The notes beneath the pieces are model-generated. The model did no database searches and was not told the origin of the DNA. It was given only the letters and a program-made list of their open reading frames with translations. Below, piece by piece: positions 50,451-60,294 of a stretch of DNA of 64,000 nt. Position 1 is the stretch's first letter, and every line of letters starts with the position of its first letter. Source of the stretch: an uncultured delta proteobacterium (GTDB lineage: Bacteria > Desulfobacterota > Desulfomonilia > UBA1062); the NCBI GenBank assembly GCA_963798485.1, contig CAWCTR010000014.1:320001-384000 (forward strand), written 5' to 3'. The translations under genes were made by a program, and so were the position numbers.

Positions 50451-51040
50451 AAAATTATACATGTTTGATATATGGGGGATTGAACAAATTCCCCCTGGCA
50501 TGAAAATAATCAGGATAGAATTTCAACTCAGACGTGAAGCGATCAAATCCCTTCTAATAGATCAAGTAATCGACCTTTTTGAATTCGAAAATAATGTGTG
50601 GGTGTATTTAACTGATTGGCTTAAGTTCCAGGATAGACCGGGAGAACATCATACCCAAAGAACTACCCTTGAGTGGTGGAAGAAGGTTCAGAACGGTTAT
50701 AAGGACTGCCAAGGAGCTAACCCTGCCATACGTACTGAAACTGTTAGAATAGACAAAAGAAGGCTTTCTTTGCAAGCGTTAGGCATTCTCACGTCTCTTC
50801 ACGCAGCGGTATTAGAAGAAAACGGTGCTGAAGAAAATCATAAAGTTGAATTAGTGGAGAGTGTTAGCGTCTACATAAAAGAACTCAGTAGTGTCACCAA
50901 GAGTATGGATGAAATAAACAATAAAATTAAGAGAAAGCGACCTAAGTATCATCGAACGAGGGAAACGAAATGACCTTCTTGTCATCCCTCTCATCCAAGC
51001 GTATTATATTCTCTCAGAATTTAGGGATAAGGGTGGGCAT

Positions 51041-51355
51041 ATGACATGCCTTACCCCTGCCACCGTTTCAGAAATGCTTAACATGTCGATCAGATGGGTT
51101 TATCTTCATGCTTCTGAGCTTGGGGCATCTCGGATTGGTGGAACATGGATATTCACACAGGAGGGCCTTGACAATGCCTTACAAAGAGCGAGGGGGATGG
51201 AGAGGGACAGTCAAGATAAATGGAACCAGGAAGCAAGCGTGGTTCACATCAAAGAGGGAAGCCATAGAATGGGAAAGCGAAACAAGAAAAGAATTGAAAA
51301 GCCAGAAGCCCCGGACCACCACGGGCTTACTCAATTTGTCCGTGGCCTTTCTTAA
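51041..51355 (+). CDS. Excisionase-like helix-turn-helix protein
   Basis: LTPATVSEMLNMSIRWVY...RIGGTWIF winged-HTH pattern; overlaps the integrase start. Confidence 0.65.
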   Translation: MTCLTPATVSEMLNMSIRWVYLHASELGASRIGGTWIFTQEGLDNALQRARGMERDSQDKWNQEASVVHIKEGSHRMGKRNKKRIEKPEAPDHHGLTQFVRGLS

Positions 51356-52190
51356 CTACATGGAACGATATTCTAAATCCACCTACTCTCATAAAAAAAC
51401 ATTATGCAAAAGACTCCTGGCTGCATGGGGAGACATAGACATCCTTGCCATTACGCCTAAGATGTGCCTGACCTATCTTGATTCTCGAACCGTGGTATCA
51501 GGCAATGCAGCCAACGAAGACCTTCATGATTTGAAGTCGATGTTCTCACATTTTCGAAAGTTCCACGGTATAAACCACAACCCCCTGCTCTATATTGAGC
51601 CATACGCTCACAATGTCACCCCACCCTACGTTCCGCCGAGAGAAGACCTGTTAAAGCTATTACTCGTAACTACAGGGCAAGACAGAGTAATGCTTGATGT
51701 CTTTAGGTTCACTGCTGCTCGGAGATCGGAAGTGCTACGGCTGACATGGGATGATATTCTTTTTGATCAGAGAAGCATAAGGCTAAAGACTCAGAAAAAC
51801 CGAAAGAGCCAGTGGAAAGCCTACTATGTGCCGATAAGTGAGGCCTTGTATCAATCACTGCAATGGCAATGGAAGAACCGGGACAAAGACAGCCCATATG
51901 TATTCACTCACGATGGAAAGCCTTATTCTCGCCGTGAGGATTGGTTACCTAAACTATGTGAGAAAACCAAAATCAAACCCTTCGGCTTTCATTCGTTCAG
52001 GAGAGCATTTGCAACCGGAATCATGAACACCGGCAAGGCATCGCTGAAGGATGTTTCCTTGCTCCTTGGTCATTCCTCAGTGAGGAACACAGAGCTTTAT
52101 CTTAGATCAATCAATCCGAATCTTCCTGGCTTGGTGGAGCTACTGAACGAAGAGGCAATTTACCCCAAGGACTTACCCCAAGAATTATAA
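51174..52190 (+). CDS. Tyrosine recombinase/integrase
   Basis: TAARRSEV, HSFRRAFAT and LLGHSSVRNTELY catalytic R-H-R-H-Y; GGAGGG RBS before ATG 51174. Confidence 0.93.
   Translation: MPYKERGGWRGTVKINGTRKQAWFTSKREAIEWESETRKELKSQKPRTTTGLLNLSVAFLNYMERYSKSTYSHKKTLCKRLLAAWGDIDILAITPKMCLTYLDSRTVVSGNAANEDLHDLKSMFSHFRKFHGINHNPLLYIEPYAHNVTPPYVPPREDLLKLLLVTTGQDRVMLDVFRFTAARRSEVLRLTWDDILFDQRSIRLKTQKNRKSQWKAYYVPISEALYQSLQWQWKNRDKDSPYVFTHDGKPYSRREDWLPKLCEKTKIKPFGFHSFRRAFATGIMNTGKASLKDVSLLLGHSSVRNTELYLRSINPNLPGLVELLNEEAIYPKDLPQEL
52160..52180 (+). repeat. Putative integrase arm-type sites (right)
   Basis: TTACCCCA twice at a 13-bp period. Confidence 0.65.
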
Positions 52191-52277
52191 CTCTATGATC
52201 TTATTAGAGACCAGGTGCCCCAGCATGGCACACCTGGCCGTATAGTCATCATAACGCGACTTCGTATTTCTTACCAT
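52185..52277 (-). pseudogene. Displaced original 5' end of the small gene at 40200..40460
   Basis: [24 protein letters not shown]...; its ATG overlaps the end of trpB2. Confidence 0.75.
52206..52232 (+). repeat. attR core
   Basis: 27-bp exact repeat of 40395..40421, starting 16 bp after the integrase stop. Confidence 0.9.
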
Positions 52278-53653
52278 TTCCCTGTCTTCGATATCTTGGG
52301 CTTAGGCAGCCCGTTCAAAGACCTGATAGATCTCTGGAGGTCTTCTTCAGGCAGCGGGAAGTCTATAAGCTTGCCCTCCATATAGCTCTCGTAGCCTTTG
52401 AGGTCCATGAGTCCATGCCCGCTCCAGTTAAAGAGGATGACCTTCTCCTTGCCCTCTTCTCTGGCCTTATTCGCCTCATCTATCACTGCCGCAATGGCAT
52501 GCGACGTCTCAGGCGCCGGGATAAACCCTTCGGTCCTGGCCCACAACATTGCACTCTCGTAACACTTGAGCTGGTTCACGGCCCGAGGTGTTATGAGCCC
52601 CTCAACAGCGGCAGCGCTTACCAGGGGCGCCATCCCGTGATAACGCAACCCCCCGGCATGGATCGGGGGCGAGACGAATTCATGTCCCAGGGAGTACATG
52701 GGCAGCAGCGGGGTCATCTTGGCAACATCACCGTGGTCATAGGCAAAAGGCGCCCGTGTCAAGGTAGGACAGGACGACGGTTCCACCGGGATAATGTCGA
52801 TCTGGGCACCGTTGATCTTGTCCAGTACAAAGGGGAATGCGATGCCGGCAAAATTGCTCCCGCCGCCGGCACATGCGATGACTATATCCACCTTTTTCTC
52901 ATTGATCTTTTCAAGCTGTTTCTTGGCTTCGAGCCCAATAATGGTCTGATGAAGCATTACATGGTTCAGTACGCTCCCAAGGGAATATCGCGTCTTCCCG
53001 GTCGGGTCGCTGACTGCCGCCTCAACGGCCTCGCTGATGGCTATGCCGAGGCTGCCCGGCGTATCCGGGTCCTTGGCCAGGATATCACGGCCCGCCTGTG
53101 TCTGGGTGGATGGGCTCGCTATGCATTCAGCACCCCATACGTTCATCATGAGCTTCCGGAAAGGCTTCTGCTCGAAACTGATCCGGACCATGAACACCTT
53201 GCATTCCAGTCCGATGAGGGCGCAGGCATAGGATAGTGCGCTTCCCCATTGCCCGGCGCCGGTTTCGGTGCAGATCTTTTCGATTCCGAACTGTTTATTA
53301 TACCAGGCCTGGGGTATGGCGGTATTCGGTTTGTGACTGCCGGCGGGAGAAACACCTTCATTCTTATAATAGATCTTGGCCGGTGTCTTGAGAGCCTTTT
53401 CAAGATAAACCGCTCTGTGGAGCGGGGACGGTCTCCACTGATACAGGAGTTCGAGAATTCCCTCAGGGATGTCTATCCAACGCTTCTGGCTCACTTCCTG
53501 CTCAATAAGATTCATGGGAAAAACAGGTGTAAGTGCCTCCGGCGTTACAGGGTTACCGTCGGGACCGAGCGGCGGCAGCATCGGTGTCGGCAAGTCAGCC
53601 GCCAGGTTATACCATTGTCTTGGGATTTCATCTTCTCGCAGAAAAACTTTCAT
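52271..53653 (-). CDS. trpB2: TrpB-like PLP enzyme (TrpB2)
   Basis: [36 protein letters not shown] and HAGGLRYHG. Confidence 0.92.
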   Translation of the reverse strand: MKVFLREDEIPRQWYNLAADLPTPMLPPLGPDGNPVTPEALTPVFPMNLIEQEVSQKRWIDIPEGILELLYQWRPSPLHRAVYLEKALKTPAKIYYKNEGVSPAGSHKPNTAIPQAWYNKQFGIEKICTETGAGQWGSALSYACALIGLECKVFMVRISFEQKPFRKLMMNVWGAECIASPSTQTQAGRDILAKDPDTPGSLGIAISEAVEAAVSDPTGKTRYSLGSVLNHVMLHQTIIGLEAKKQLEKINEKKVDIVIACAGGGSNFAGIAFPFVLDKINGAQIDIIPVEPSSCPTLTRAPFAYDHGDVAKMTPLLPMYSLGHEFVSPPIHAGGLRYHGMAPLVSAAAVEGLITPRAVNQLKCYESAMLWARTEGFIPAPETSHAIAAVIDEANKAREEGKEKVILFNWSGHGLMDLKGYESYMEGKLIDFPLPEEDLQRSIRSLNGLPKPKISKTGKW

Positions 53654-53914
53654 GCACAATCCTCCCTATTATTCTTTTATCACCATCACTAATTTCACTT
53701 TAAGCCCTATCAGTATCTGCCATGTATTGATGCAAGCAGAAAGATAACCGGCTTAAATGTTTCTATTTATAGAAACCTATCTCGATAGATAAGTCAAGAA
53801 AGTTTTTACGTTCCGGTTAAACCGAGCACCTTGGATATCTTGCCTAAAGTAACTGAACTATTTAATCCTTATAATCAGCGATAGCGATTCGGATAGTTAT
53901 TGGATAATTTTATG

Positions 53915-54493
53915 CTATTCTTTTTCTTCTGCGTCCGCGCTCACGCGCTTATTAAAGGTATTCATGGCTTTTGTCACCTCGCCCTCGAGGCAAAGCTCAA
54001 CCGCCTCGGTTGCCTTGTGGATCTGCTCCTGCACCGTGTCGTAGTCCTCTTTCGCAAACCTCCCCAGTACATAGTCGCTGGGGTCCCATTCCAAAGGCGG
54101 CCTGCCGATGCCGAAGCGGACGCGGAGGAATTCACCGGTGGACAGTGCTCCCTTTATGGAAATAAGTCCCTTGTGGCCCCCGGTGCCGCCCCCTGTCTTC
54201 ACGCGCACCTGGCCTAAGGGGATGTCCATATCGTCGTGGATCACGATGAGGTCTTCCGACTTGACGTAAAGGGGGTTCAGCGGCGCTCCGCTCAGGTTCA
54301 TGAAGGTCTGGGGCTGGCAGAGCATGGCCTCTATGCCTGCCACCTTGCCCGTGCCGAAGATGACATCCGCCTTTTTCTTCTTCATGGGTATGCCCCACTT
54401 CCTGGCAAGGAGGTCCACCACCATGAAGCCGACATTGTGCCGCGTCAGCTCATAGCGCCTGCCCGGGTTGCCGAGACCGTATATTACTTTCAT
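53915..54493 (-). CDS. pth: Peptidyl-tRNA hydrolase
   Basis: GLGNPG..Y..TRHNVGF, PQTFMNLSG, HDDMD and GGHKG. Confidence 0.95.
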   Translation of the reverse strand: MKVIYGLGNPGRRYELTRHNVGFMVVDLLARKWGIPMKKKKADVIFGTGKVAGIEAMLCQPQTFMNLSGAPLNPLYVKSEDLIVIHDDMDIPLGQVRVKTGGGTGGHKGLISIKGALSTGEFLRVRFGIGRPPLEWDPSDYVLGRFAKEDYDTVQEQIHKATEAVELCLEGEVTKAMNTFNKRVSADAEEKE

Positions 54494-54645
54494 CCCTGCA
54501 CCACTATCCCCCAGAGATTTATGACTCTTATATCTCCTGTATTGAACCACATTCTCTACAGAATATCATTGCCAAGATGTAAATTCACCTGAATTTATTC
54601 AAGCCCGCTTTGCCTGCATAGGGTGAACATGCTATCATCTAAACC

Positions 54646-56406
54646 ATGGCGCTGACAGAAGAACTTATCAAGAGTTTGCCCAAGGCCACGGGCGTGTACA
54701 TCCTCAGGGACCCTTCGAGCAAGATCATCTACATCGGCAAGGCAAAAGATCTAAGGACCCGTCTGCGCTCCTACCTCAAAGGAGATGACCGGCTTCAGGT
54801 TGGCCGGATCGTGGATACTACGCAACAGATAGACTATATCCTCACCAACAACGAGGCCGAGGCCCTGCTGCTGGAAAACCAGCTCATCAAGACCCACAAG
54901 CCCCGGTACAACATCGACCTCAAGGATGACAAAACCTATGTCAGCATTAAGGTGACCACCAAGGACGAGTGGCCCTCCATCTTAATCACCCGCAAGGTGA
55001 CCTCCGACGGATCACGCTACTTCGGCCCCTACTCCTCGGCCCAGGCCACACGCAACACCCTTTCCGCCATCGGCCGTATCTTCCCCATCAGACGCTGCAA
55101 GGACACGGAGTTTGCCAACCGCACCAGGCCGTGCATCTATCACTCAATCGGCCTGTGTCTAGCGCCATGTGTCTACAAGTCCGTGAGAAAGGAATATGAC
55201 CAGGCCGTAGTCGACCTCGTAGCCTTTCTTGAGGGCAGGGACAAGGAACTGGAAAGGCACCTGCAGGGGCGCATGCTCAAGGAATCCGAAGAACTCAACT
55301 TTGAAAAGGCAGCCAAGATTAGGGACCAGATCGATGCCATCCGCATAACGCTGGTTCCCCAGGTGATAGTAGGCCAGGGACGCGGTGACACGAATGTGTT
55401 CGCCACATTCAGGTCCCGGAGCCATATCCAGGTGGCAGTGCTGCGGATTACCAGGGGCACACTCACGGACAGCCGCAATATCCTGGTAAAACAGGCGGCC
55501 GAAGAAGACCTCATGACCACCATTATGCTCCAGTTCTACCTGGCGGGTGGTAAGATCCCGGGGTACATCTTTACCGATACCCTGCCCCAGGATAGACGCA
55601 TGCTCCAAGAGGTGCTGGGCACCCTCAAAGGCAGCCTGGTGAAGATAATAAAGCCCTCCAGGGGAAAACCCATGCAGTGGATGGCCATGGCACAAAATAA
55701 CGCACGCACCCACGCGCGGGGCTCGGACACCTCGGCCTTAGAAGAGATTGCCAAGGCATTCCACCTGGGTTCCATCCCCTACCGGATGGAGTGCTACGAC
55801 ATATCCAACCTCCAAGGCGGGTCGGCAACAGGATCGCGCGTGGTGTTCATGGATGGCGAGCCGGACAAGACGCTGTACCGCCACTATCGTATCCGCACTG
55901 TTATTGGTCAGGACGACTTCGCCATGCTCAAGGAGGTCTTTGAGCGCAGGCTTATACGTGATGAGACCAGGCCCGACTTCATCGTGATAGACGGCGGCAA
56001 AGGCCAGTTGGGCGTGTTCCTGAAAGTGCTCGAAGACCTTGGTGTGCCTAAAATACCGCTTGTGTCCATGGCAAAGGCCCACGGTTCAAAGATTGACCGG
56101 TTCTTCCTGCCCGGCAGGAAAGATGCCATTCGCCTGCCAGAGCGGAGCGAGGGTTTACGGACCCTGCAGCGGCTCAGGGATGAGGCGCACCGCTTTGCCG
56201 TGAAATACCACCGCCAGCTGCGCTCCAAACAGTCTTCATCTGTGTTTGAAAATATCCCGGGTATTGGTCCGGAAAAGGCCAGAACCCTTCTCAAACACAC
56301 CTCGCATATTTCAGACCCTTCAATGATTTCGCCTGCAGACCTTCAAGGCATTAAAGGTTTGAGCAGAAAAGATATTGAGAATATCATATCTTTTTTCAAA
56401 AAATAG
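54646..56406 (+). CDS. uvrC: Excinuclease ABC subunit C
   Basis: GIY-YIG (GVY...IYIGKAK), YFGPY, ECYDISN, IDGGKGQ and RDEAHRFA. Confidence 0.96.
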   Translation: MALTEELIKSLPKATGVYILRDPSSKIIYIGKAKDLRTRLRSYLKGDDRLQVGRIVDTTQQIDYILTNNEAEALLLENQLIKTHKPRYNIDLKDDKTYVSIKVTTKDEWPSILITRKVTSDGSRYFGPYSSAQATRNTLSAIGRIFPIRRCKDTEFANRTRPCIYHSIGLCLAPCVYKSVRKEYDQAVVDLVAFLEGRDKELERHLQGRMLKESEELNFEKAAKIRDQIDAIRITLVPQVIVGQGRGDTNVFATFRSRSHIQVAVLRITRGTLTDSRNILVKQAAEEDLMTTIMLQFYLAGGKIPGYIFTDTLPQDRRMLQEVLGTLKGSLVKIIKPSRGKPMQWMAMAQNNARTHARGSDTSALEEIAKAFHLGSIPYRMECYDISNLQGGSATGSRVVFMDGEPDKTLYRHYRIRTVIGQDDFAMLKEVFERRLIRDETRPDFIVIDGGKGQLGVFLKVLEDLGVPKIPLVSMAKAHGSKIDRFFLPGRKDAIRLPERSEGLRTLQRLRDEAHRFAVKYHRQLRSKQSSSVFENIPGIGPEKARTLLKHTSHISDPSMISPADLQGIKGLSRKDIENIISFFKK

Positions 56407-56430
56407 GGGTGCCTCAAGGGACAACATATT

Positions 56431-56588
56431 TTGTAGGTTGGGTTGAGGGACGAGACCTAACACACCCGGCGGAATATATTGCAAACTGGTTGAATCAAGC
56501 CACCTATAGGTTTGCCAGGAATTTGATTTTTTATGGTATCATGATGCAATCGGTATAGTTGGGTTTCGTCCCTCAACCCAACCTACAA
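56431..56588. repeat. Inverted REP doublet (GTAG-family REPIN/MITE-like)
   Basis: TTGTAGGTTGGGTTGAGGGACGAGACCTAAC (56431-56461) and its 29/31 inverted copy (56558-56588); each unit is GTAG plus an internal hairpin. Confidence 0.7.
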
Positions 56589-56666
56589 CTACAACTTTCC
56601 TTTTTCGGAAAGGATGAATAAACTCCTGTCTTCCCATTTCCAAAGTGCTGTTCTATATACAGCGTC

Positions 56667-59144
56667 ATGACTGACATTGATAAGGACTCACCTTTTATAT
56701 TTACCGGAAAGTACGGGCCGCTGCTGAGGCCTTTCATCAAGAGCATCTTCTCACCCATCAACCTCCCGGAGCTCTACAAGGAATCCATCACCTCGCTCGC
56801 CGGGCAGGGCCACATCGTGTTCGCTCATGGCTCAAAAAGCGCCATTGACGCCCTGTTGCTCAACTTCAGGCTCAAGCGGGACGGCCTGCCCTACCCTGAC
56901 CTTATCTTCGGGCGCTCCTTCCCGTTGTTCCAGCCCGCAACTAAGGCCTTTCGGCGCCTGCCGGGCAAGCTTGCAGGTTCATCCCCGTTCGATAACGGAT
57001 TCTACAGGACATTTATGGAGGGCCAGTACAACGCATCCCTGATCTTTCTTGACAGCGAGCAGTCAAAAAGATTGCCTGATCCGATCCTTGAACTCCTCAA
57101 GACCCAGCGTGAGACAGACACACCCATTTTCCTCGTGCCCCAACGCATTGTCTACCAGCGCGCCCCGCTCAAGCTCAAGGACCCCTCGGACGAAGAACAG
57201 ATGAGGGTCACGGGCTTCAGAAAGTTCATAACCCTTTTCAGGGGGCGGGAACACGGTTTCGTAGAGCATGGTGAGCCCATCAACCTGAAAGATGAGCTCA
57301 AGCGGGCCCAGACCGGGCGTAAATTCTTTGAGGAGATTGCCGTGGAGATTCGGGGAGAACTTCTCCACAGGCTGGCAGTGTTGGGCAGCAATATCTCAGG
57401 CGCACCCATCAGAGAACGGTCTTTCCTTATCGAGAAGACTATGCGCGACCCCATGCTCCAATCCTTTCTGAAATCATTCTCCACTGAATCAGGAAACTCC
57501 GTGAAAGAACTCGAAGACTCTGTGGGCCGAAACCTCGACCAGATCGCCGCAGACTTGACCCCTGCCGCCATCAATTTCATGGCAAATTCGCTTAACTGGA
57601 TCTTCAATAATATATTCGACGGCATCGATAATGACCCCAAGGGCATGCAGGCAGTCAAAGATATCGCCAGGAAAGGCTCACTCGTATACGTACCCTGCCA
57701 CAAGAGCCATATCGACTACCTCATCCTGTCTTACTGGCTGTACGAGAACTGGATGAGCGTTCCCCTCATCGCAGCCGGCATCAACCTCGCCTTCTTCCCC
57801 ATAGGGACCCTGCTCAGGAAAGGCGGCGCCTTTTTCATGAAGCGCACCTTCAAGGACAATCCCGTCTATGCCCAGACGTTCAGCGCCTATGTAAGGACCC
57901 TGCTGGGCGAACGCATTCCCCTGGAGTTCTTCATCGAAGGAACCAGGAGCCGCTCCGGCAAGCTCATGCTCCCCAAAAAGGGGCTCTTATCCATGATCAT
58001 CCAGGGCTGGGAGTCCGGGGTGAGCAGGGACGTTATCTTCGTGCCGGTCTATGTGGGTTATGACACGGTAGTGGAGGAGAACTCGCATATCAGGGAGATG
58101 AAAGGCGCAGCCAAACAGAAGGAGAACTTCTGGCAGCTCCTCAAGGCCGGTTCAATCCTGAAGAACCGTTATGGCAAGGTGTATATCCGCTTTGCAAAGC
58201 CCATCTCACTCAATGAATATATGGTGCAAAGGTCTGCCTATTCTGAAATGGATTCCGAGCAGAAGGAAGGCGTAAATGACAACGTGGCGGATGAGATCAT
58301 CCAGGCCATCTACGAGCAGACCGTTGCCACCCCTTTTGCCGTCATGTCGTGCGTACTCATGAGCACTGCCTCGTCCCTGGAAGAGGTTGCACTGAAAAAG
58401 GGCTTCCATATCTATCTGGATTATCTCAAGCACCTCGGGTGCAACCTCAGCGCATCCCTTGCCAAAGAGGAGGAGGCGTTCCGGGATGCCCTTACCATTA
58501 TAAAGGTTAAAGGGCTTATCACCATCGACGAGGCTGCAGGCGAGTCTGAATCAAACCTCATAACCGTCGACAGTGAAGACCGGATACACCTTGAGTATTA
58601 TAAGAACACCATCCTCAATTTTTTTGTCCCGGCATCGCTCGTTTCAAGCGTGCTCCTAAAGAATCCTCACGGAATTGCCGACAAGGCATTTCAAGAACAG
58701 GTCAGAAACCTGGCAGCTCTCCTGGAGAACGAGTTTATTCTCAACGGACAGAGCGTGGATAAGGCACTACAGTTCATGACCCAAACAGGGATTGTTACGA
58801 CTACGAAAGGGATGTATGCCGGAAGCGCCGGGACCACTGATACCCTCAAAATGTACGCCGGACTCATCGAGAACTACCTGGAATCCTATCTCTGCGTGGC
58901 CAGGAACCTCGAAAAGGTCAAGGGCGTGAGCAATAAGGACATCCTGAAGGCAATCAACCGACATGCCACCAGAATGTTCAAGATGGGGGAGATCAAGCGG
59001 TTCGAGTCCTTGTGCCTTCCGGTGTATAAAGGGGCATTGGATACGTTTAGGGCAAAAGGACTCATCGATGATAAGAACCGCATCAAAGATGAGCGTCCCA
59101 TCAAGGAGCTTGTTCATGAGATCGAGGGATATCTGGAAGTATAG
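56667..59144 (+). CDS. plsB: Glycerol-3-phosphate acyltransferase PlsB-like
   Basis: PCHKSHIDY (HX4D), AAGINL, GGAFFMKR and FFIEGTRSRSGK. Confidence 0.85.
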   Translation: MTDIDKDSPFIFTGKYGPLLRPFIKSIFSPINLPELYKESITSLAGQGHIVFAHGSKSAIDALLLNFRLKRDGLPYPDLIFGRSFPLFQPATKAFRRLPGKLAGSSPFDNGFYRTFMEGQYNASLIFLDSEQSKRLPDPILELLKTQRETDTPIFLVPQRIVYQRAPLKLKDPSDEEQMRVTGFRKFITLFRGREHGFVEHGEPINLKDELKRAQTGRKFFEEIAVEIRGELLHRLAVLGSNISGAPIRERSFLIEKTMRDPMLQSFLKSFSTESGNSVKELEDSVGRNLDQIAADLTPAAINFMANSLNWIFNNIFDGIDNDPKGMQAVKDIARKGSLVYVPCHKSHIDYLILSYWLYENWMSVPLIAAGINLAFFPIGTLLRKGGAFFMKRTFKDNPVYAQTFSAYVRTLLGERIPLEFFIEGTRSRSGKLMLPKKGLLSMIIQGWESGVSRDVIFVPVYVGYDTVVEENSHIREMKGAAKQKENFWQLLKAGSILKNRYGKVYIRFAKPISLNEYMVQRSAYSEMDSEQKEGVNDNVADEIIQAIYEQTVATPFAVMSCVLMSTASSLEEVALKKGFHIYLDYLKHLGCNLSASLAKEEEAFRDALTIIKVKGLITIDEAAGESESNLITVDSEDRIHLEYYKNTILNFFVPASLVSSVLLKNPHGIADKAFQEQVRNLAALLENEFILNGQSVDKALQFMTQTGIVTTTKGMYAGSAGTTDTLKMYAGLIENYLESYLCVARNLEKVKGVSNKDILKAINRHATRMFKMGEIKRFESLCLPVYKGALDTFRAKGLIDDKNRIKDERPIKELVHEIEGYLEV

Positions 59145-59754
59145 CCATCATGTCTTCACCATCGCCATTATTGTCCTTCTTTCGGGTTGCGCACACTATC
59201 AGCGTCCCGGCGTGGGGTATGTAGAGACCGGTACAGCCTCGTGGTATGGCCAGGATTTCCAAGGCAAGCCCACGGCTTCAGGCGAGCCCTACAACATGTA
59301 CGGGATAACTGCGGCCCATAAGACCATACCGCTCGGGAGCACGGTGCGCGTAACGAACCTTGCGAACGGACACCAGGTCATCGTCCCCATCAACGACCGA
59401 GGCCCGTTTGTGGGAGACAGGATCATCGATATGTCATACGGCGCTGCCAAAGAGCTCGAAATGGTGGATTGCGGGCTTGCAAAGGTTCGGGTCGAGGTGG
59501 TCGAGATGCCCAGGTATTATTCCGGCGGCAGATACACCCTGCAGTTCGGATCGTTTGCCGAGAAGGACAATGCCCGCAAGCTCTCCGGCATGCTCGATGC
59601 CAGGGGTTACACCGCAAACATCGAGGAGGCCAAGGTCTATGGCAATATCGTATACCGCGTGCGGTTCGGTGCATTCACCTCGCTCGACCTTGCCAAGTCT
59701 TTTGAGCAAAAATGCACCTCACAAGGGCTCACGTGCTTTGTGGTGGGGTTGTGA
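59116..59754 (+). CDS. rlpA: Septal ring lytic transglycosylase RlpA (DPBB + SPOR), lipoprotein
   Basis: LLSG-C lipobox, GTASWYG, TAAHKTIP, INDRGPF and SPOR QFGSF. Confidence 0.9.
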   Translation: MRSRDIWKYSHHVFTIAIIVLLSGCAHYQRPGVGYVETGTASWYGQDFQGKPTASGEPYNMYGITAAHKTIPLGSTVRVTNLANGHQVIVPINDRGPFVGDRIIDMSYGAAKELEMVDCGLAKVRVEVVEMPRYYSGGRYTLQFGSFAEKDNARKLSGMLDARGYTANIEEAKVYGNIVYRVRFGAFTSLDLAKSFEQKCTSQGLTCFVVGL

Positions 59755-60294
59755 GATAAAACTCTTCCACCACAGGATCAAAAGAAAATGGGTAATACCC
59801 ATGCTTTGATCAATATAAAATAAGAGATTATATTTCATGATCTATTCTTGATCAGCTGCAAGAGCTACTAATGATTTGACGATGATATCATCAGTATAAT
59901 CAAAGCGTTGATACTGGCACCCATTAAAAGGCCCCTGTCAACAAAAACATAGTTCACCGTCGCACTTTTTTTTGCAGGTCTAACGTACAGCCAGCTAGGA
60001 CCATTCCAATGACTCCCTTTCTGCGCCCTATTTTTCACGATACTCAGGTGACGGATAATGATCCGCACCAGGCACCCATCCGGCTTTAGACTGTACACTG
60101 AGAGGATGAAATCAGAAGAGTAGCCCTCTCCACCTGTACGTCCCTGACAGCATCTGCTGTCCCAGAAAAATATCGGTTCCTTGTCATGTTCAATTGTAAG
60201 TGACACGATAAAAGGCTCTTCCGGCCACACCATACAGACTCATGGCAAAGGCAGATCTGAATCATAGCAACTTCCCCGCTGGATTCTTGTTTAT

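Larger units (their letters stand above)
46950..50973 (+). pseudogene. Rep_trans-like (rolling-circle/MOBT) replication initiator interrupted by two ISL3 copies
   Basis: SGIDTLY, SRVDF, TIGRG..ARIYDK and RIEFQLRRE motifs. Joining 47820 to 50459 restores the frame (SKKL-Y-MFDIW). Confidence 0.8.
40395..52232. mobile_element. Integrative element (tyrosine integrase + Xis + Rep_trans) carrying glycan-modification cargo
   Basis: Identical 27-bp direct repeats at both ends; integrase adjacent to the right repeat; paired arm motifs; AT-rich cargo. Confidence 0.9.

Noticed and set aside
40395-52232. Element as a filamentous prophage or ICE
   Set aside because: No Zot/pI ATPase, coat proteins, T4SS or coupling protein is visible; only rep, xis, int and cargo.
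48439-53236. Long antisense ORFs (48439..49107, 49758..50426, 52415..53236) and similar shadow ORFs elsewhere
   Set aside because: They lie opposite well-supported genes and have no motifs of their own.
59868-60233. 121-aa ORF next to the IS110
   Set aside because: No recognisable motifs or RBS, and I could not rebuild a gene across the IS.
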